A DNA stretch of 63,963 bases, filler included, from Octopus bimaculoides (GCF_001194135.2; 8 parts of 7 records of this genome joined end to end with filler, not necessarily neighbours in it); one strand, 5' to 3'; counted from the first letter of the whole stretch, positions 1 to 14,700 are shown. Numbers and translations: made by a program. Notes: generated by a model from the sequence alone, not told the origin.

Positions 1-32
<32 letters not shown>

Positions 33-1040
33 GCGAGCAAAAGGTGTACGTGCGCCGCTATATGTACATCACCTTATTTTTCTGTCTCCTGAATTTCATC
101 TACGTTTTTGCCTCAAGAGATTCACTCCACACGTCATCTTAACTTATCTTGTCCTCATTAGCCGACAAACACCTGATGTTATTCTCTTGGTGTTTTTATT
201 TGTAATAGCGTAACATTTTCTTCGTTTCCTCGTTTTGTGTTTGTGTTGTCGTACACATTCGTTTACTTTCTTCCCAAACATTTAATACTCTTAGCTTAGA
301 TTCTTGGGGCCTACTAATTGTGAACAGACCCAAGTGTAACAGACAGAAGATGTAATGATAATTGGAAGCTTGACTGATGAACAGAGGGCCACGAATGATC
401 TGTCTTCTGGTTTTTCCTGTCCATCTCTGTATCGTCTATCTGTCCGTATGTATTCATTGTCGTCTGTTACGTTTCTATTCCGTTATTTTTGGGGGTTTCA
501 TATATNNNNNNNNNNNNNNNNNNNNNNNNNNNNNNNNNNNNNNNNNNNNNNNNNNNNNNNNNNNNNNNNNNNNNNNNNNNNNNNNNNNNNNNNNNNNNNN
601 NNNNNNNNNNNNNNNNNNNNNNNNNNNNNNNNNNNNNNNNNNNNNNNNNNNNNNNNNNNNNNNNNNNNNNNNNNNNNNNNNNNNNNNNNNNNNNNNNNNN
701 NNNNNNNNNNNNNNNNNNNNNNNNNNNNNNNNNNNNNNNNNNNNNNNNNNNNNNNNNNNNNNNNNNNNNNNNNNNNNNNNNNNNNNNNNNNNNNNNNNNN
801 NNNNNNNNNNNNNNNNNNNNNNNNNNNNNNNNNNNNNNNNNNNNNNNNNNNNNNNNNNNNNNNNNNNNNNNNNNNNNNNNNNNNNNNNNNNNNNNNNNNN
901 NNNNNNNNNNNNNNNNNNNNNNNNNNNNNNNNNNNNNNNNNNNNNNNNNNNNNNNNNNNNNNNNNNNNNNNNNNNNNNNNNNNNNNNNNNNNNNNNNNNN
1001 NNNNNNNNNNNNNNNNNNNNNNNNNNNNNNNNNNNNNNNN

Positions 1041-1101
<61 letters not shown>

Positions 1102-3418
1102 TGAAAATATTTGACTAACCTCAAAGACGATGAGTATCAGCTTTGGTTAAATGCTCTTTGATAATAAAATGGTAAACATCTACGTACCTAAGCAAAACTA
1201 CTATCTATAATTTTCGCTTATATACGATAAAGATACCTTCTCCCAAATGTACTTGTATTAACTTGAAGTTAGAAATCTAGATTGTCACATACCGGTATAC
1301 AAACACACACACACACACACTTTGATGTAATGAGTCCTATTTCTTTAAAAGCTACTTTGTAGTAGGATTTAAAAAAACAATAGCAAGTGAAAATGAGATA
1401 CGGAAAAAGGATCATATGTTACTTCGAGTTATTTGCATTGAAACATGTTTTAGTGTATTGTTATGCCCCAAGCTACTGCTTTCTAGCACCTTCGGATGAT
1501 CTCTACTCAACCGCTACACGACTGCTACTCAACGGTCACTCAACTCTTCTACAACAGCTAGACTACCTCGATTAATATGTCTTGGGTGATCCTACTTTTT
1601 CGCTTGGGGGCGTCGACACAACATGTATACATTTTTGTACATGTTGCAGGTAAAAGAGAATTTGTAGTTTGAAAATGAAAGTCATACTTAACTGGTCAAG
1701 ATAAAGATTACGTTGATATTCAACCTCCAATATTTTAAGCAATTTTCCAGCATTGAAAAGCATGTGTGGATTCATGAATAAGTAGGCATATCGCTCATAA
1801 CATTTCGAAAACAAAGGACGTAGGTCTGGTTAGTGATTTGTCGTCTCATGTAGCATGACGTAATAGATTTCAGTTTTTAAAACGAAGGACTTTCTTTACT
1901 CAAAAAATGTCTTCCTGTTTTTTTGGCGTGTATGCATACTTATGTGTGTGTGTGAGTATGTATATATCTGTAAATATATGTACATATACATACTTACATA
2001 TATACATTTATACATACACACATATGCACATACATATATAAATATATATACATATATTCATATACATATATATACATACATATATACATATACATACATA
2101 CATACATATATATATATATATAAACGTTTCATTGATAGAGATTAATTCTACTTATTTTCTTGAACGTGACAACAGATGTCCAAAGAATATGTTAATTGCT
2201 AACTGTATGTCCGTGCTACGACGACTACTTCGTTATCACACATTTCTCTAAGGAAGCAATCCTCAACAAGATATTATTCACAATAAACCTATTATACCAG
2301 GCAGAACATAATGTAAACTATTGTAATTCATACTTTTTTCATGCCATTAGCTTACCACATAGAATACACAAGAGAGAACAGAAGATATCCCTCTTCGAAC
2401 AATACTCTTCCTTTTCAGAAAATGTTATATTTTCTGTTTATTCATGAGGAAGTGTTTTTCTTTTTTATTTTTCAGTAGATTTGAAATTCAGCAAAGAAAT
2501 ATACAGATTTAGAGCTCTTGTATTAATTATCATTGTAACTGTCGAATAATGATAATAGTACATTGTGCTGGAAACATTACAAATGTGTGTAAGTGATTCA
2601 CAACAGACTGGGAAGGTTGTTGAATAATGTATTTGTGTAATAATGTTTCCCGATTTGTATTCATATTGACGATTGATATGAAGTTATCATATAAACACAT
2701 TGTCTATTTTGTTTTTCATTCATGTATGTGCAACAGATTAGGTCTGTTGTTCCAAATTAAGAATTTAGTTACTTCATTCTTCAATATTTATTTGTTGATT
2801 ACTTCGTGCAGCAAGATATATCTAACCGACTGAAATATATGTGTAGCATTCCTTAACGACAATAGATAGTTACTTCATGTCAATGCAGCAAGAATTTCCT
2901 GAAGTATATAGCTCCCTCTTTCTCTCTGTTAGTACTAACTTTAAATAGTTTCATAAAACTGGCAAGTGTTACGGAAACTCATGGCGTCAAGAATTCAGTA
3001 TCTTTTGGCTGGAACTCTGATACTAAGCGTTTGTGGGAAAGAAATAACGTGAAAACCAATTTACAATCAATAATACAAGAGAAGTAGGAATTTAGCTGTT
3101 ATTTTTTGTAATTTTTCAGTGAACGACTATATATATTTAAAATAGTTTTCTAGAAATACTGTAACTAGAAAAAAATGAGATGAAATTCATTTAAAATAAA
3201 TATTGATCTCTGCAATGATCCACCTATACAATTTAGTTCTTACCACAAAAATACAGTTTGATTCACGTGTATTATATACACACGTACAAATACATGTGGT
3301 AAGGGGTACATACATACATACATACAACCATACATGCACATATGCATTCATACATTCAGGCATTCATAAAACCACACACACGTACACACACACACACACG
3401 CACACACACACACACACA

Positions 3419-3451
<33 letters not shown>

Positions 3452-4314
3452 CTATTTAAAAAGATAAATACATACATGCATATATGGATTCATATCTCCA
3501 TGCATTCATAAACATATACATATGTATATATATATATATANNNNNNNNNNNNNNNNNNNNNNNNNNNNNNNNNNNNNNNNNNNNNNNNNNNNNNNNNNNN
3601 NNNNNNNNNNNNNNNNNNNNNNNNNNNNNNNNNNNNNNNNNNNNNNNNNNNNNNNNNNNNNNNNNNNNNNNNNNNNNNNNNNNNNNNNNNNNNNNNNNNN
3701 NNNNNNNNNNNNNNNNNNNNNNNNNNNNNNNNNNNNNNNNNNNNNNNNNNNNNNNNNNNNNNNNNNNNNNNNNNNNNNNNNNNNNNNNNNNNNNNNNNNN
3801 NNNNNNNNNNNNNNNNNNNNNNNNNNNNNNNNNNNNNNNNNNNNNNNNNNNNNNNNNNNNNNNNNNNNNNNNNNNNNNNNNNNNNNNNNNNNNNNNNNNN
3901 NNNNNNNNNNNNNNNNNNNNNNNNNNNNNNNNNNNNNNNNNNNNNNNNNNNNNNNNNNNNNNNNNNNNNNNNNNNNNNNNNNNNNNNNNNNNNNNNNNNN
4001 NNNNNNNNNNNNNNNNNNNNNNNNNNNNNNNNNNNNNNNNNNNNNNNNNNNNNNNNNNNNNNNNNNNNNNNNNNNNNNNNNNNNNNNNNNNNNNNNNNNN
4101 NNNNNNNNNNNNNNNNNNNNNNNNNNNNNNNNNNNNNNNNNNNNNNNNNNNNNNNNNNNNNNNNNNNNNNNNNNNNNNNNNNNNNNNNNNNNNNNNNNNN
4201 NNNNNNNNNNNNNNNNNNNNNNNNNNNNNNNNNNNNNNNNNNNNNNNNNNNNNNNNNNNNNNNNNNNNNNNNNNNNNNNNNNNNNNNNNNNNNNNNNNNN
4301 NNNNNNNNNNNNNN

Positions 4315-4367
<53 letters not shown>

Positions 4368-5516
4368 TTTACAATATGTATTTTAATACCGTGGTAAGGA
4401 ATGTTAAATTTACTTTTACAACGAGTCACTTTTGTGTAATCGACATAACACTGGTTATCAATTCTCCTGCTATGTTGTTAGCTAAAATAATGCGTGTGTA
4501 CATGCATGCAATATTGGAGAATGTGTGGAAACGAGCTAAATATAGCATTTCTGATATAAAAATCGTGCATAAAATAAGCGTTTTACAACCGTATATCATT
4601 ATGGACCTGAGGTTAGTGAGAATATTTCTGTCAGATATTTATACCTTGTTATTGAACTCCAATAATAAGTGTAAAGACTTTTAAGGCTGTTGTAATTATT
4701 ATTTCTGACGTATACAATTGTTTATCATAAAAATAATCAATTGCAGTCAAATGCATATATTGAGCATTTTGTCACCCAATCCATGTAATTCATGCATAAA
4801 CAAATAGAATTGATGGAACATGTATGCGCATGTGATACCAAATCTGGAAATTCCCTTGAATTCACGCTCCGAGAAAATCAAAACGTGATTATATTTATTT
4901 TAACACCAGCAGAGTGAAGAAATAGGTTTTTATTAAGTCAATGCCATTTGCAGATGTAGGAACCGCACGTGAATTGATTTTGCTGTAAAAGGAAACCAAA
5001 ACCAGGTGAGAGAATCCGTTTGCCGCGAGCTCACGTTTTGTTCAGCCATGCTTGCTATGCTAATGACACCAAAATGTTTAAATAATCAGATGGATTTAAT
5101 CGTTTAATTCATTAGAAATTCAATTTAAAATTCTCTATTAATGGAAAGGAAATGTTGTTAATGAATTATTTCAAACACTTAAAATATCCGTTCGATATTC
5201 TCACATCCAATCAAGCTATTCACTCGATAATTATTTCATCATCTTCATTAATAGTCCTTTGATATATCTATATGTAGATTATATTTTGATAAGTTCTATC
5301 GAATGATTAATTGCGGGAACAACAAATGTAATTTTTTTCTAATAATGCACGACTCCTCTTTTACGTTTGATTGTGATAATTATATTATCAATATCTTTAT
5401 ATTTCTGTTACTTATCAATAAAATTCCACAATAAATCTAAAACTGAATCAATAAAACTGTCATTGAAAAAGGTGAATGACTGAAATTTGAGCAATCATGC
5501 ATACATACATACATAA

Positions 5517-5561
<45 letters not shown>

Positions 5562-7637
5562 NNNNNNNNNNNNNNNNNNNNNNNNNNNNNNNNNNNNNNN
5601 NNNNNNNNNNNNNNNNNNNNNNNNNNNNNNNNNNNNNNNNNNNNNNNNNNNNNNNNNNNNNNNNNNNNNNNNNNNNNNNNNNNNNNNNNNNNNNNNNNNN
5701 NNNNNNNNNNNNNNNNNNNNNNNNNNNNNNNNNNNNNNNNNNNNNNNNNNNNNNNNNNNNNNNNNNNNNNNNNNNNNNNNNNNNNNNNNNNNNNNNNNNN
5801 NNNNNNNNNNNNNNNNNNNNNNNNNNNNNNNNNNNNNNNNNNNNNNNNNNNNNNNNNNNNNNNNNNNNNNNNNNNNNNNNNNNNNNNNNNNNNNNNNNNN
5901 NNNNNNNNNNNNNNNNNNNNNNNNNNTATATATATATATATATATATATATGATCTTATGTGACTCAGAAAGGAAGTTTGATCTTCGTCCTCTTTATATA
6001 TACACACACACGCACACACATACACACTGATACGCACACACAGATGCACACGCATACACACCCATATAAAGCTATGCATTTCTGTGTGGCTATGTACTCA
6101 CGTATATATGCATATACTTATATAATGTATTTTTATCAGCGCAGTACCGTTCTGCATTCGAAATTCAGAATGTGCTAACACAGTATAAGTTTACTTATTT
6201 ATGTTTAGAAAGCTTCCCAATTGCAGTTTTTCTATTTTTTTTTATTCCGTGCAGTGTTTCTTTAATCTAAATAAATAAATAGATAAACTGGCTTGTCTTA
6301 TCTTAATTTGTCATCGCAAGCTTTTCTCCTTGCCTTATTTGATGATACGAATATATANNNNNNNNNNNNNNNNNNNNNNNNNNNNNNNNNNNNNNNNNNN
6401 NNNNNNNNNNNNNNNNNNNNNNNNNNNNNNNNNNNNNNNNNNNNNNNNNNNNNNNNNNNNNNNNNNNNNNNNNNNNNNNNNNNNNNNNNNNNNNNNNNNN
6501 NNNNNNNNNNNNNNNNNNNNNNNNNNNNNNNNNNNNNNNNNNNNNNNNNNNNNNNNNNNNNNNNNNNNNNNNNNNNNNNNNNNNNNNNNNNNNNNNNNNN
6601 NNNNNTATATATATATATATATATATATATTTAGTTTTCTCTTTAAATCTCTTAGGTATTTCCTTGCATGGTATATCATTTCCCTCGTGTTTACACAACA
6701 TTTCTCTGAAGTATTTGAAATGTATAATGGCACATCCTCTCTGTCATTCTTCATAATTGACGTTGACATATAGGGCAAGCTTCGATGTCATATTGGGAAT
6801 CGATTTTATTGTTTTTCATTCCACATGAAATTAGGGCTTCAGGCAGAGATCTCTACGTGTTTCGATCTTTTGCAACCCTCTACAATTGTCCCCAAGTATA
6901 ACCAGCTGTGTATGCAACCTCTGAAGACACCTTCTCTTTACAAGGACAGTTTAATGTACTCTTCTTGGTCTTACAGTAGCAATATAGAAAATTGCTAGTA
7001 CAGGGCTGTTAAAAGTAAGTCTGCTCAGACGAGCTTCGGGTGGACTATGATGTAGTTATATATGAATCCTCATTTTAAAAGAGTAAAATTGACACTCACC
7101 GATCGTATGGTAAGTAATATGTGTAAGTGATATTTTAAAGGTTATTGAATATATAATGAAATATGTAGAAAATATTGACTACATAAATAAAGTATATGCA
7201 AGCAAATTGGTGATATTCATGCAAAGACCATCAGAAATATTAATCAAGATATAAAAAATTTAAACAGAGAATCAGTCATTATTGCTGATTAAATGCATCA
7301 ATAAAATTATGCATAACTTATGACGCAATCTCAATACATTACAGCATTTCAAAAGATTTGTGAAAATAGAGCGAAAGAGTTAACAACAATGGAAACTGAG
7401 AACATATGTATCCATGGAATATTTTTACGAGGTATTAGCAATAGAATTTGGAAGGAAGTGATTCTGTATTGGATGGGGAATGAATTGGTAAACATGACAA
7501 AGCAAGTCTTGTGTTTTGTATGTAGGATGAGAACAAAAATGAGTTCTAATCTACATACAACACACGCATACAAATATACATACACACACACGCACATACA
7601 CTCACACAAACAACACACACACACACACACACACTCA

Positions 7638-7706
<69 letters not shown>

Positions 7707-9002
7707 ATATATATATGTGTATGTATGCATGTATATGTACTTACGCATAGAATTGTGCAAGTGACAGTGTACGAAATTAAGGTTAGTGTAACGAAGTAAA
7801 TAGGATGCGGCATTATCCAATCAGCTATTACAGCATTTTCAACGTTCCCAATATATATTCCTAGTAGACACCTTTATTGATCTATTGCATTCAGTTTCAC
7901 ATTATGTTGAAATGCGTACTGACACAATGGAAGTCTTTTCCTGCAACCTGCAACATGCCAGTGAGTATGTGTGAAAAAAAATCACTATTGATTGACAGAT
8001 ACGTTTGATCTACTGACTTTCTCCTCTCTCACGCTCTCTCTGCCTCTCTCTCTCTCTCTCTCTCTCTGTGTCTCTCTCTGTGTCTCTCTCTGTGTCTCTC
8101 TGTGTGTCTCTCTGTCTGTCTCTGTCTCTGTCTGTCTCTCTCTGTCTGTCTCTCTCTCTATCTCTCTCTCTCTCTCCCTCTCTCTATCTCTCTCTCTCTG
8201 CGAGTGTTTTGTTTGATTGTGTGTGAGTGCTTTGTTTGTGTGTGCGTGAGTGTGCAAATTTGTGCGGGGGTATACACACGTTATGTGCATATATACATAA
8301 ATATAAATATATGTGTGTGTGTGCGTTTGTTCGGGGTTGATAGAGTGTAACCTATGGGCCGGTTTAACTTGCGATCAAAACAATTCAATGCAGTGCTCTG
8401 TATGCTTCAGCAAAGCACTTCATTTCATGTTGGTCCAGTCTACACTGCCGTAAACGCACTGTAATGGAATGGTTTTCTATTAAACGGATATGTTAAACTG
8501 CCCACGTAACCAGTAACGTGGCTTCATTCGTAAGCAAGAGAAATGCGACGAAACGCATTGCAACTAGCGGTAGCCTCTTCGATGCAATGATACATATATA
8601 TGTATACACTCATAGACAAATTAGCAGGCGTGGCTCTAACGTAAGATATTTGCTTCTAAACCACATGGTTTGGGGTTCAGTCTCACTGATAGGTATATGC
8701 AAAATGTGCTTCCTACTATAATTACGCGCCGACCAAAGCCTTGTGGCTGAAATGAAACCCGTCGTTTATCTATACAAGTACGACGTGTGTGAGTTCATAG
8801 AGTCTAACGTTCCAGCCTCTACTACTGAGGAAGTGATAACCACTCGGAAATTCATGCATTCAACAGTTTTGTTACGGAACGCTGTGAACTGATATGATGT
8901 GCATACACCTAATCTGTTTCCACCGAGACAATTTCTCTGTGACAAAATATAGACAATGTATATTTGTGTGTGTGTGTGTGTATGTGTGTGTGTGTATATG
9001 TG

Positions 9003-9235
9003 TTATTTCTTTACTACCCACAAGGGGCTACACACAGAGGGGACAAACAAGGAGAGACAAACGGATTAAGTCGATTATACCGACCCCAGTGCGTAACTGG
9101 TACTTATTTAATCGACCCCGAAAGGATGAAAGGCAAAGTTGACCTCGGCGTAATTTGAACTCAGAACGTAGCACAGACGAAATACCGCTAAGCATTTCGC
9201 CCGGCGTGCTAACGTTTCTGCCAGCTCGCCGCCTT
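9003..9235 (-). mobile_element. SINE family B, full length (tail type 1)
   Basis: Head ggcgagctggcagaaacgttagcacg..gagttcaaat, middle ctttgcctttcatcctttcggggtcg. A second full copy lies at 35548-35782(-), with partial copies at 18180-18337(-) and 34455-34582(-). Confidence 0.9.
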
Positions 9236-9994
9236 ATATATGTGTGTGTGTGTGTGTGTCTGCATGTGTGTGGATGAGGGTGTGCAAACGTGTTTGTTTG
9301 TTCACCACCAGCACCTGCTATCAATACGGAACCGTGACATTAGTTCGGCAAATAACTGACAGAATATATACAAGAGTTCAAATTTAAGTTCTGGAGTCGG
9401 TTTATTCGACTAAATCCACCGAGATAGCCCCACCACAGTCATAATACAATGCCTAAAAGAAGTAAGAGATAAAGTCGGATGTCCAACGAACAATGAGAAC
9501 TCCCTACTCTCTCCTCCTCTGAACTTCCTTTTTCTTTACAATATTGTCTGTAATTTCATGATATTCTTTATTAATCAATTTTTGGTTGAATGTTACATGA
9601 AAAGGAACTGTTAGATAAAACTCTTGAATAACGAGTATAAAGAATGGTTTGAGTCAATATAAAGCAATTAGTGCCAGCTTGATATGATTTACATGGTTAA
9701 TTAGTTTAATTGGTTGGTCCTCATTTAGTAACACATTTTCTTTGGTAAAAATTTTAAAGTAAAGAAGCGCTGTAAATGACATTACTATTTTTAGAGGGAA
9801 CAGAAATGGAAGAATATAGAGAGGAAGGAGGCAGAGAGGTGGGGACAGAGATAGAGAGAGAGAAAGAGAGGAAGTGAAAGAAGGTGAGTGGGAAGGAAGT
9901 AAATATTAAGAAGAGGGTTAGGGACAACGAAAAACGATCAATGTGGGTTAGCGATAATTGTGTGTGAGTGTGAGTATTAGTGTGAAAGAATGCA

Positions 9995-10087
<93 letters not shown>

Positions 10088-10169
10088 ATTCTTTCATATA
10101 TATATATATATATATATATATTACAATTAAAAGGGTAAAGGTTTATCAATTTATTAATTTATTAATTTA

Positions 10170-10214
<45 letters not shown>

Positions 10215-10498
10215 TATATATTTTTTTTAACCCAAAAATTTGGTAAAAAATATGGTATCTGTTAACAATCTTAGCAAAAAATTCACAGTTGAGTTTTTGA
10301 ATATATATCAACTTTAAATAGAGCTCAAAATTGATCCGTTGAAAATACTTTATTACAACAACAATAACAATAATAATAACAAATAAATAGACCTATGTAC
10401 ATTTCGATAGAACATCCAGAATGATTTATACATATCATGAAATATTATAAAATATTATAAAATATTGGATACTCCATCTCCTCAGGGTCCCATTATTA

Positions 10499-11460
10499 TT
10501 GCTATCATCACAATCATTATTATTAGTAGTACACATCCAAAAATACACATGTATAGTGCCAAAACAACCGAGGTTCATCTTGAAAGATCATAAGAAAAAA
10601 TTTTGGACTGATCCTCCATTAAGGCTTATTTGCCCGGCTAAATCGGATATAGGGATACTGAGTAAAAATATATTAGATAAGTATATCCCTATAATAATTA
10701 GAAAACTTAAACGACAACTGTGGTCCAATTCTAACCAAGTCATAGATTGGTTTAATTGCATTAATGATAAGGATAATGTCAAATTTATACAATTTGATAT
10801 AGCTAATTTCTATCCCTCTATTAATCCTTTTGTTCTAAGGCGTTGTGGTTTATACACAATAAAGCTGGGCTTTCTAGAGAAGAGATTAATGTAGTTCTAG
10901 CTGCTAGGAAATCCTTTATTAAATTTAATGACAGGGTTTGGATTAGAAAGGGTACACATGATGCGTTTGATGTACCTATGGGTAGTTCAGATGCAGCCCA
11001 GGTTGCTGATGTGGTTTGTGCTTTTATATTTTATGAATTAGCTGATCAATTCCTAAATATTAGAGGGGATCTTTATAGAGATGAGTGTCTCCTATTTCTC
11101 AGAAATAGTTCGAAACAACAGGTACAAAGTGTAAAAACTAGATTAGCTAGATTTTTTCGTAGAATAGGAGAGAATATTAATTTTGAGGATAATATATCTG
11201 TAGCTAATTTTTTAGATGTTACACTTGATCTACATAATAATTCATATAGGCCGTATCATAAACCTTCAACTAACCTTAGGCATATTAGTAAATTTAGTAA
11301 TCATCCAAAAACAATAATAGATAATTTAATTCATAGTATATCATTAAGATTGTCTAACCTATCCGCTAATAATCTGGTTTTTGAAGATGAGGCAAAGTTT
11401 TATAACTCTGCTTTGTTGGAGGCAGGATATAATGATAAGGTATACTATATTAATCCAGAT
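10499..11460 (+). mobile_element. Decayed Penelope-like element reverse transcriptase, Naiad-like clade
   Basis: Two frames joined by a frameshift near 10840: LKDHK..LRLICPAKSDIG..QFDIANFYPSI, then FDVPMGSSDAAQVAD..LYRDECL..NFLDVTLDL..YRPYHKP..SNHP..RLSNLS. This is the PLE RT motif order; the YRDD catalytic motif is mutated to YRDE. Confidence 0.85.
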
Positions 11461-14303
11461 TCTGCTTCCTCTAATGTTGATGTTAATAATATTAATAAAA
11501 TTAATAATGTTAATAATAGGAGTAAGGGTAGTTATAAAACTAATAATAATAATAATAATAATGATGATGATAATGTTAACTTGTTTAGAAAGATTAAGCA
11601 TAAACCAAAATCCAACGGTAATGTATCAAGGACTGATAATGGTGAACTTTAAAGATGTGCTTGATAACATTTCCAGTCGGTTAAGATCAGAAGCTAGGAA
11701 AGCCACTGTCTGGTACTGCGTCCATTAGTAATATGTGTAGGTGGCGATCTAAAGAAAAAAAACGCGTTCGCTCTGCTTTAGATGCAGCCATGTTTTGAAT
11801 TGTCTCTTGACTTTGGCAAGACCATAATAAAATATTATTATTCAGTAAGTTAATCTTTCTTGTCTTCCTCGCATAAGTCACATTAATTAATATAATATTT
11901 TCTCCTCTTTACATTCCTAAGATAACTTGGCTTCCGTTTAATAGACTAATATCTCTCAGGGAAATATCGACTCATTTGTTTTTCGAAGACTAAATATTCT
12001 ATTTCATATACTATTCTTTGTATTATTCATATTTTTGCTCTCAGCTATTTTACGTGAGGTTTATTTTGTGTATGCGACTGAATAGTTTTCAATATATTTG
12101 AGACAGTATTAACGAAATGGAAATTATGCAAAATATATTACAACAAAATATTATTCTTATCGCTCTGAAAGTCATCAGCTTGCTTCGAATTTTATTATGG
12201 AATGTATTTTTATTTTAGTTTACATTTTTTCCCTGTTTGTTTTGTTAACCATTTATTGCTGTCGTTATCTTTTTTGTCATCATCGAGATGTTTGAATAGT
12301 TATGACATGATTTATAAACACACTTAACCAGATATGCGCACACATAGAGAATAGAAATTGAATATTATGACGGACACTCACTACAAGTCCTGCGTTTGTG
12401 CATCCGGGTGTTCGATTACCTGGACAAAGTGATTATGGTATTATTGACTGAATGTTCTCAGAAATATCTTTAACGAAGATTTTATGGAATATCAGCATAA
12501 GAAACCCGTGGGTCAGATTTTGAATCACATAGCTTTCAGCTCCACCTTTTAATTCACAAAGTGAAGTTGTCTTAGTACAGGTTCGCCCACTTACAGGACG
12601 AAATGACAACCCAAGTATTTCAGATACGTAGTAGAATGATATTTCACAAGCCTTTCTTAGAATATTTTTACCCAGGAAACTGGTCTTACGAAGCAAAAAG
12701 GAAAACTACAACAGTACACTAAATCGCTTGTCCTTTTGTTAATCTGGGAAAAAGGTAGCCTGGGGTCAAAATGTCATCCACTGGCACAATCTCTTCTCTG
12801 AATAGGAACCTGGGTGGTCACCTGAACAGGTATTGGCGTAACTCAATCCCTCCAAGTTCACCAACACAGAAAGAAAATGTATGAGGATGAATTGGGACCC
12901 GAGAAGGGTATGTAGAAAATAAATACGCTTATCCTCCTCCTCCTCCTCCTCCTCCTCCTCCTCCTCATCANNNNNNNNNNNNNNNNNNNNNNNNNNNNNN
13001 NNNNNNNNNNNNNNNNNNNNNNNNNNNNNNNNNNNNNNNNNNNNNNNNNNNNNNNNNNNATCATCATCACCACCACAAATTTACTATTATTGCATACAGG
13101 AATTAAGGAATAGAAACGACGGGAAAGAATTTTACATTCGTTTGCTTGCTGAGATGAAATTCTACAAGTAGGTTTTTTTTTAATCTTTTATCCTTCAGGG
13201 GTCGATAAAGAAAGTTGTAGATCATTACTCTAGAGTCAGTTACACTGACTGCATGTTTCTTCCAAAGTATGTGACCATCTTCTCGTAACAGAAATTAATA
13301 TCCCATTATTTTCCCATTTATAGTACTTAAAAATCTGCTCAATCGAAAATTTTTTCAGCGGCGAACGGGCACACGAAGGGAGTGTTATCTATTGAATTTT
13401 ACGCACAGATACTTTCCCGTGAATTTTTCGATTTTCTGCTTTTGAACCTGTTTTACAGCTCTCAACACTCCTATAACTGCTTAGACGATACTTAAGTACA
13501 TATTCCGGAATATTCGATAGTGCTATTTTCAGGTCGTTGTATTTCGAGAGGTTTTAAAACTCTTTCGTCGATATCTTAATGTATGTTGAATAAATGGTAT
13601 AAATACGTGCGTGAAATCTGAATACCTTTCCATTTAAAGTAATATCTTGATGTTCCATTGACTAAGCTCTAGGCATATGCATATAAGAGTAATCGAAATA
13701 TTTTCACTATGAAATGCGTGATGTACTTGGCGAGAAGTTACAAATGTAAATTACACACACACACACTCTCACTCTCTCGCGCGTGCTCTCTCTCTCTCTT
13801 TCTCTCACTCACAGACACATACACACAACACACACGCATATTCATGCGAACATATATATGTCTTTAACGTTTACTTGTCTCAGTTACTGGACTGCGGTCA
13901 TGCTATAGCATCATCTTGAAAACAACGGACGAACAAATCAACACCAGTATTCATTTCTAAATTATGATATATATATAGATATATATATATTCTACTGGCA
14001 ACTCTTGTTGATCTGTTGGTTAATAAACCTACACAGGCTGCTTGAAAGGTGAAAGGAGGACAACCGCGAACAATTAGACACGCGCACACACGTATACATA
14101 AACAATGGGTTTTAGTAGAAAACACTCGATGAAGTTACTGACAAATGGGAGGTGTTGCAAATCGAACTTCATAACCTCGGTGTCATGTGTGTGAGTGTCT
14201 CTCCGTTCTGTCTCTGACTGTCTGTCTCTCTACATACATGCATATATATATTTATATATNNNNNNNNNNNNNNNNNNNNNNNNNNNNNNNNNNNNNNNNN
14301 NNN

Positions 14304-14315
14304 TTAATTAATTAA
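14304..14315. other. Artificial assembly linker TTAATTAATTAA within 100-bp N44-12-N44 gaps
   Basis: Identical construct at 14304, 36105, 40949, 43103, 53872, 60097 and 62525; it carries stops in all six frames. Confidence 0.95.
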
Positions 14316-14371
14316 NNNNNNNNNNNNNNNNNNNNNNNNNNNNNNNNNNNNNNNNNNNNTATATATAATTA

Positions 14372-14700
14372 CTCTACCCCTTTTGGCTCTCACTCATATA
14401 ATAAGACTACGCCCTTATCGTCTCCCATTCATATGATTCATCTAATATCTTATTGGCTCCAATTCATTTATTAAATCTACCCCCTTATGGCTCCCACACA
14501 TATAATGCTGGCCCTCATATGCTCTCATTCATATCATTCGACAACTACCTTACATAATCAGTCTAATCCTTTTTGGCCCTCAGTGATATAATAAATCTAT
14601 CCCTTCGTTGCCTTCCATTCATACGATTCGTCTAATATCTTATTGGTTCCAAACGCCATACGTAATCTGCCCCCGCGCCCGGCTTGTTGGCTCCAATTCG
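14372..14700. repeat. Degenerate minisatellite (unit about 30-35 bp, ct.cccct.attggctccca..cata) with a ~190-bp higher-order period
   Basis: 14407-14462 resembles 14597-14652. Confidence 0.65.

Noticed and set aside
8821-8856. CTGAGGA..GAAA hammerhead-like string (similar partial strings at 23200-23240 and 36450-36490)
   Set aside because: Stems I and III cannot form, or GAAA is missing.
14105-14190. ATG-initiated MGFSRKHSMKLLTNGRCCKSNFITSVSC ending at GTGAGT, as the PDE first exon
   Set aside because: It ends in phase 2 whereas the 61634 acceptor needs phase 1; the donor lies in a GT-repeat edge; no homology recognised.
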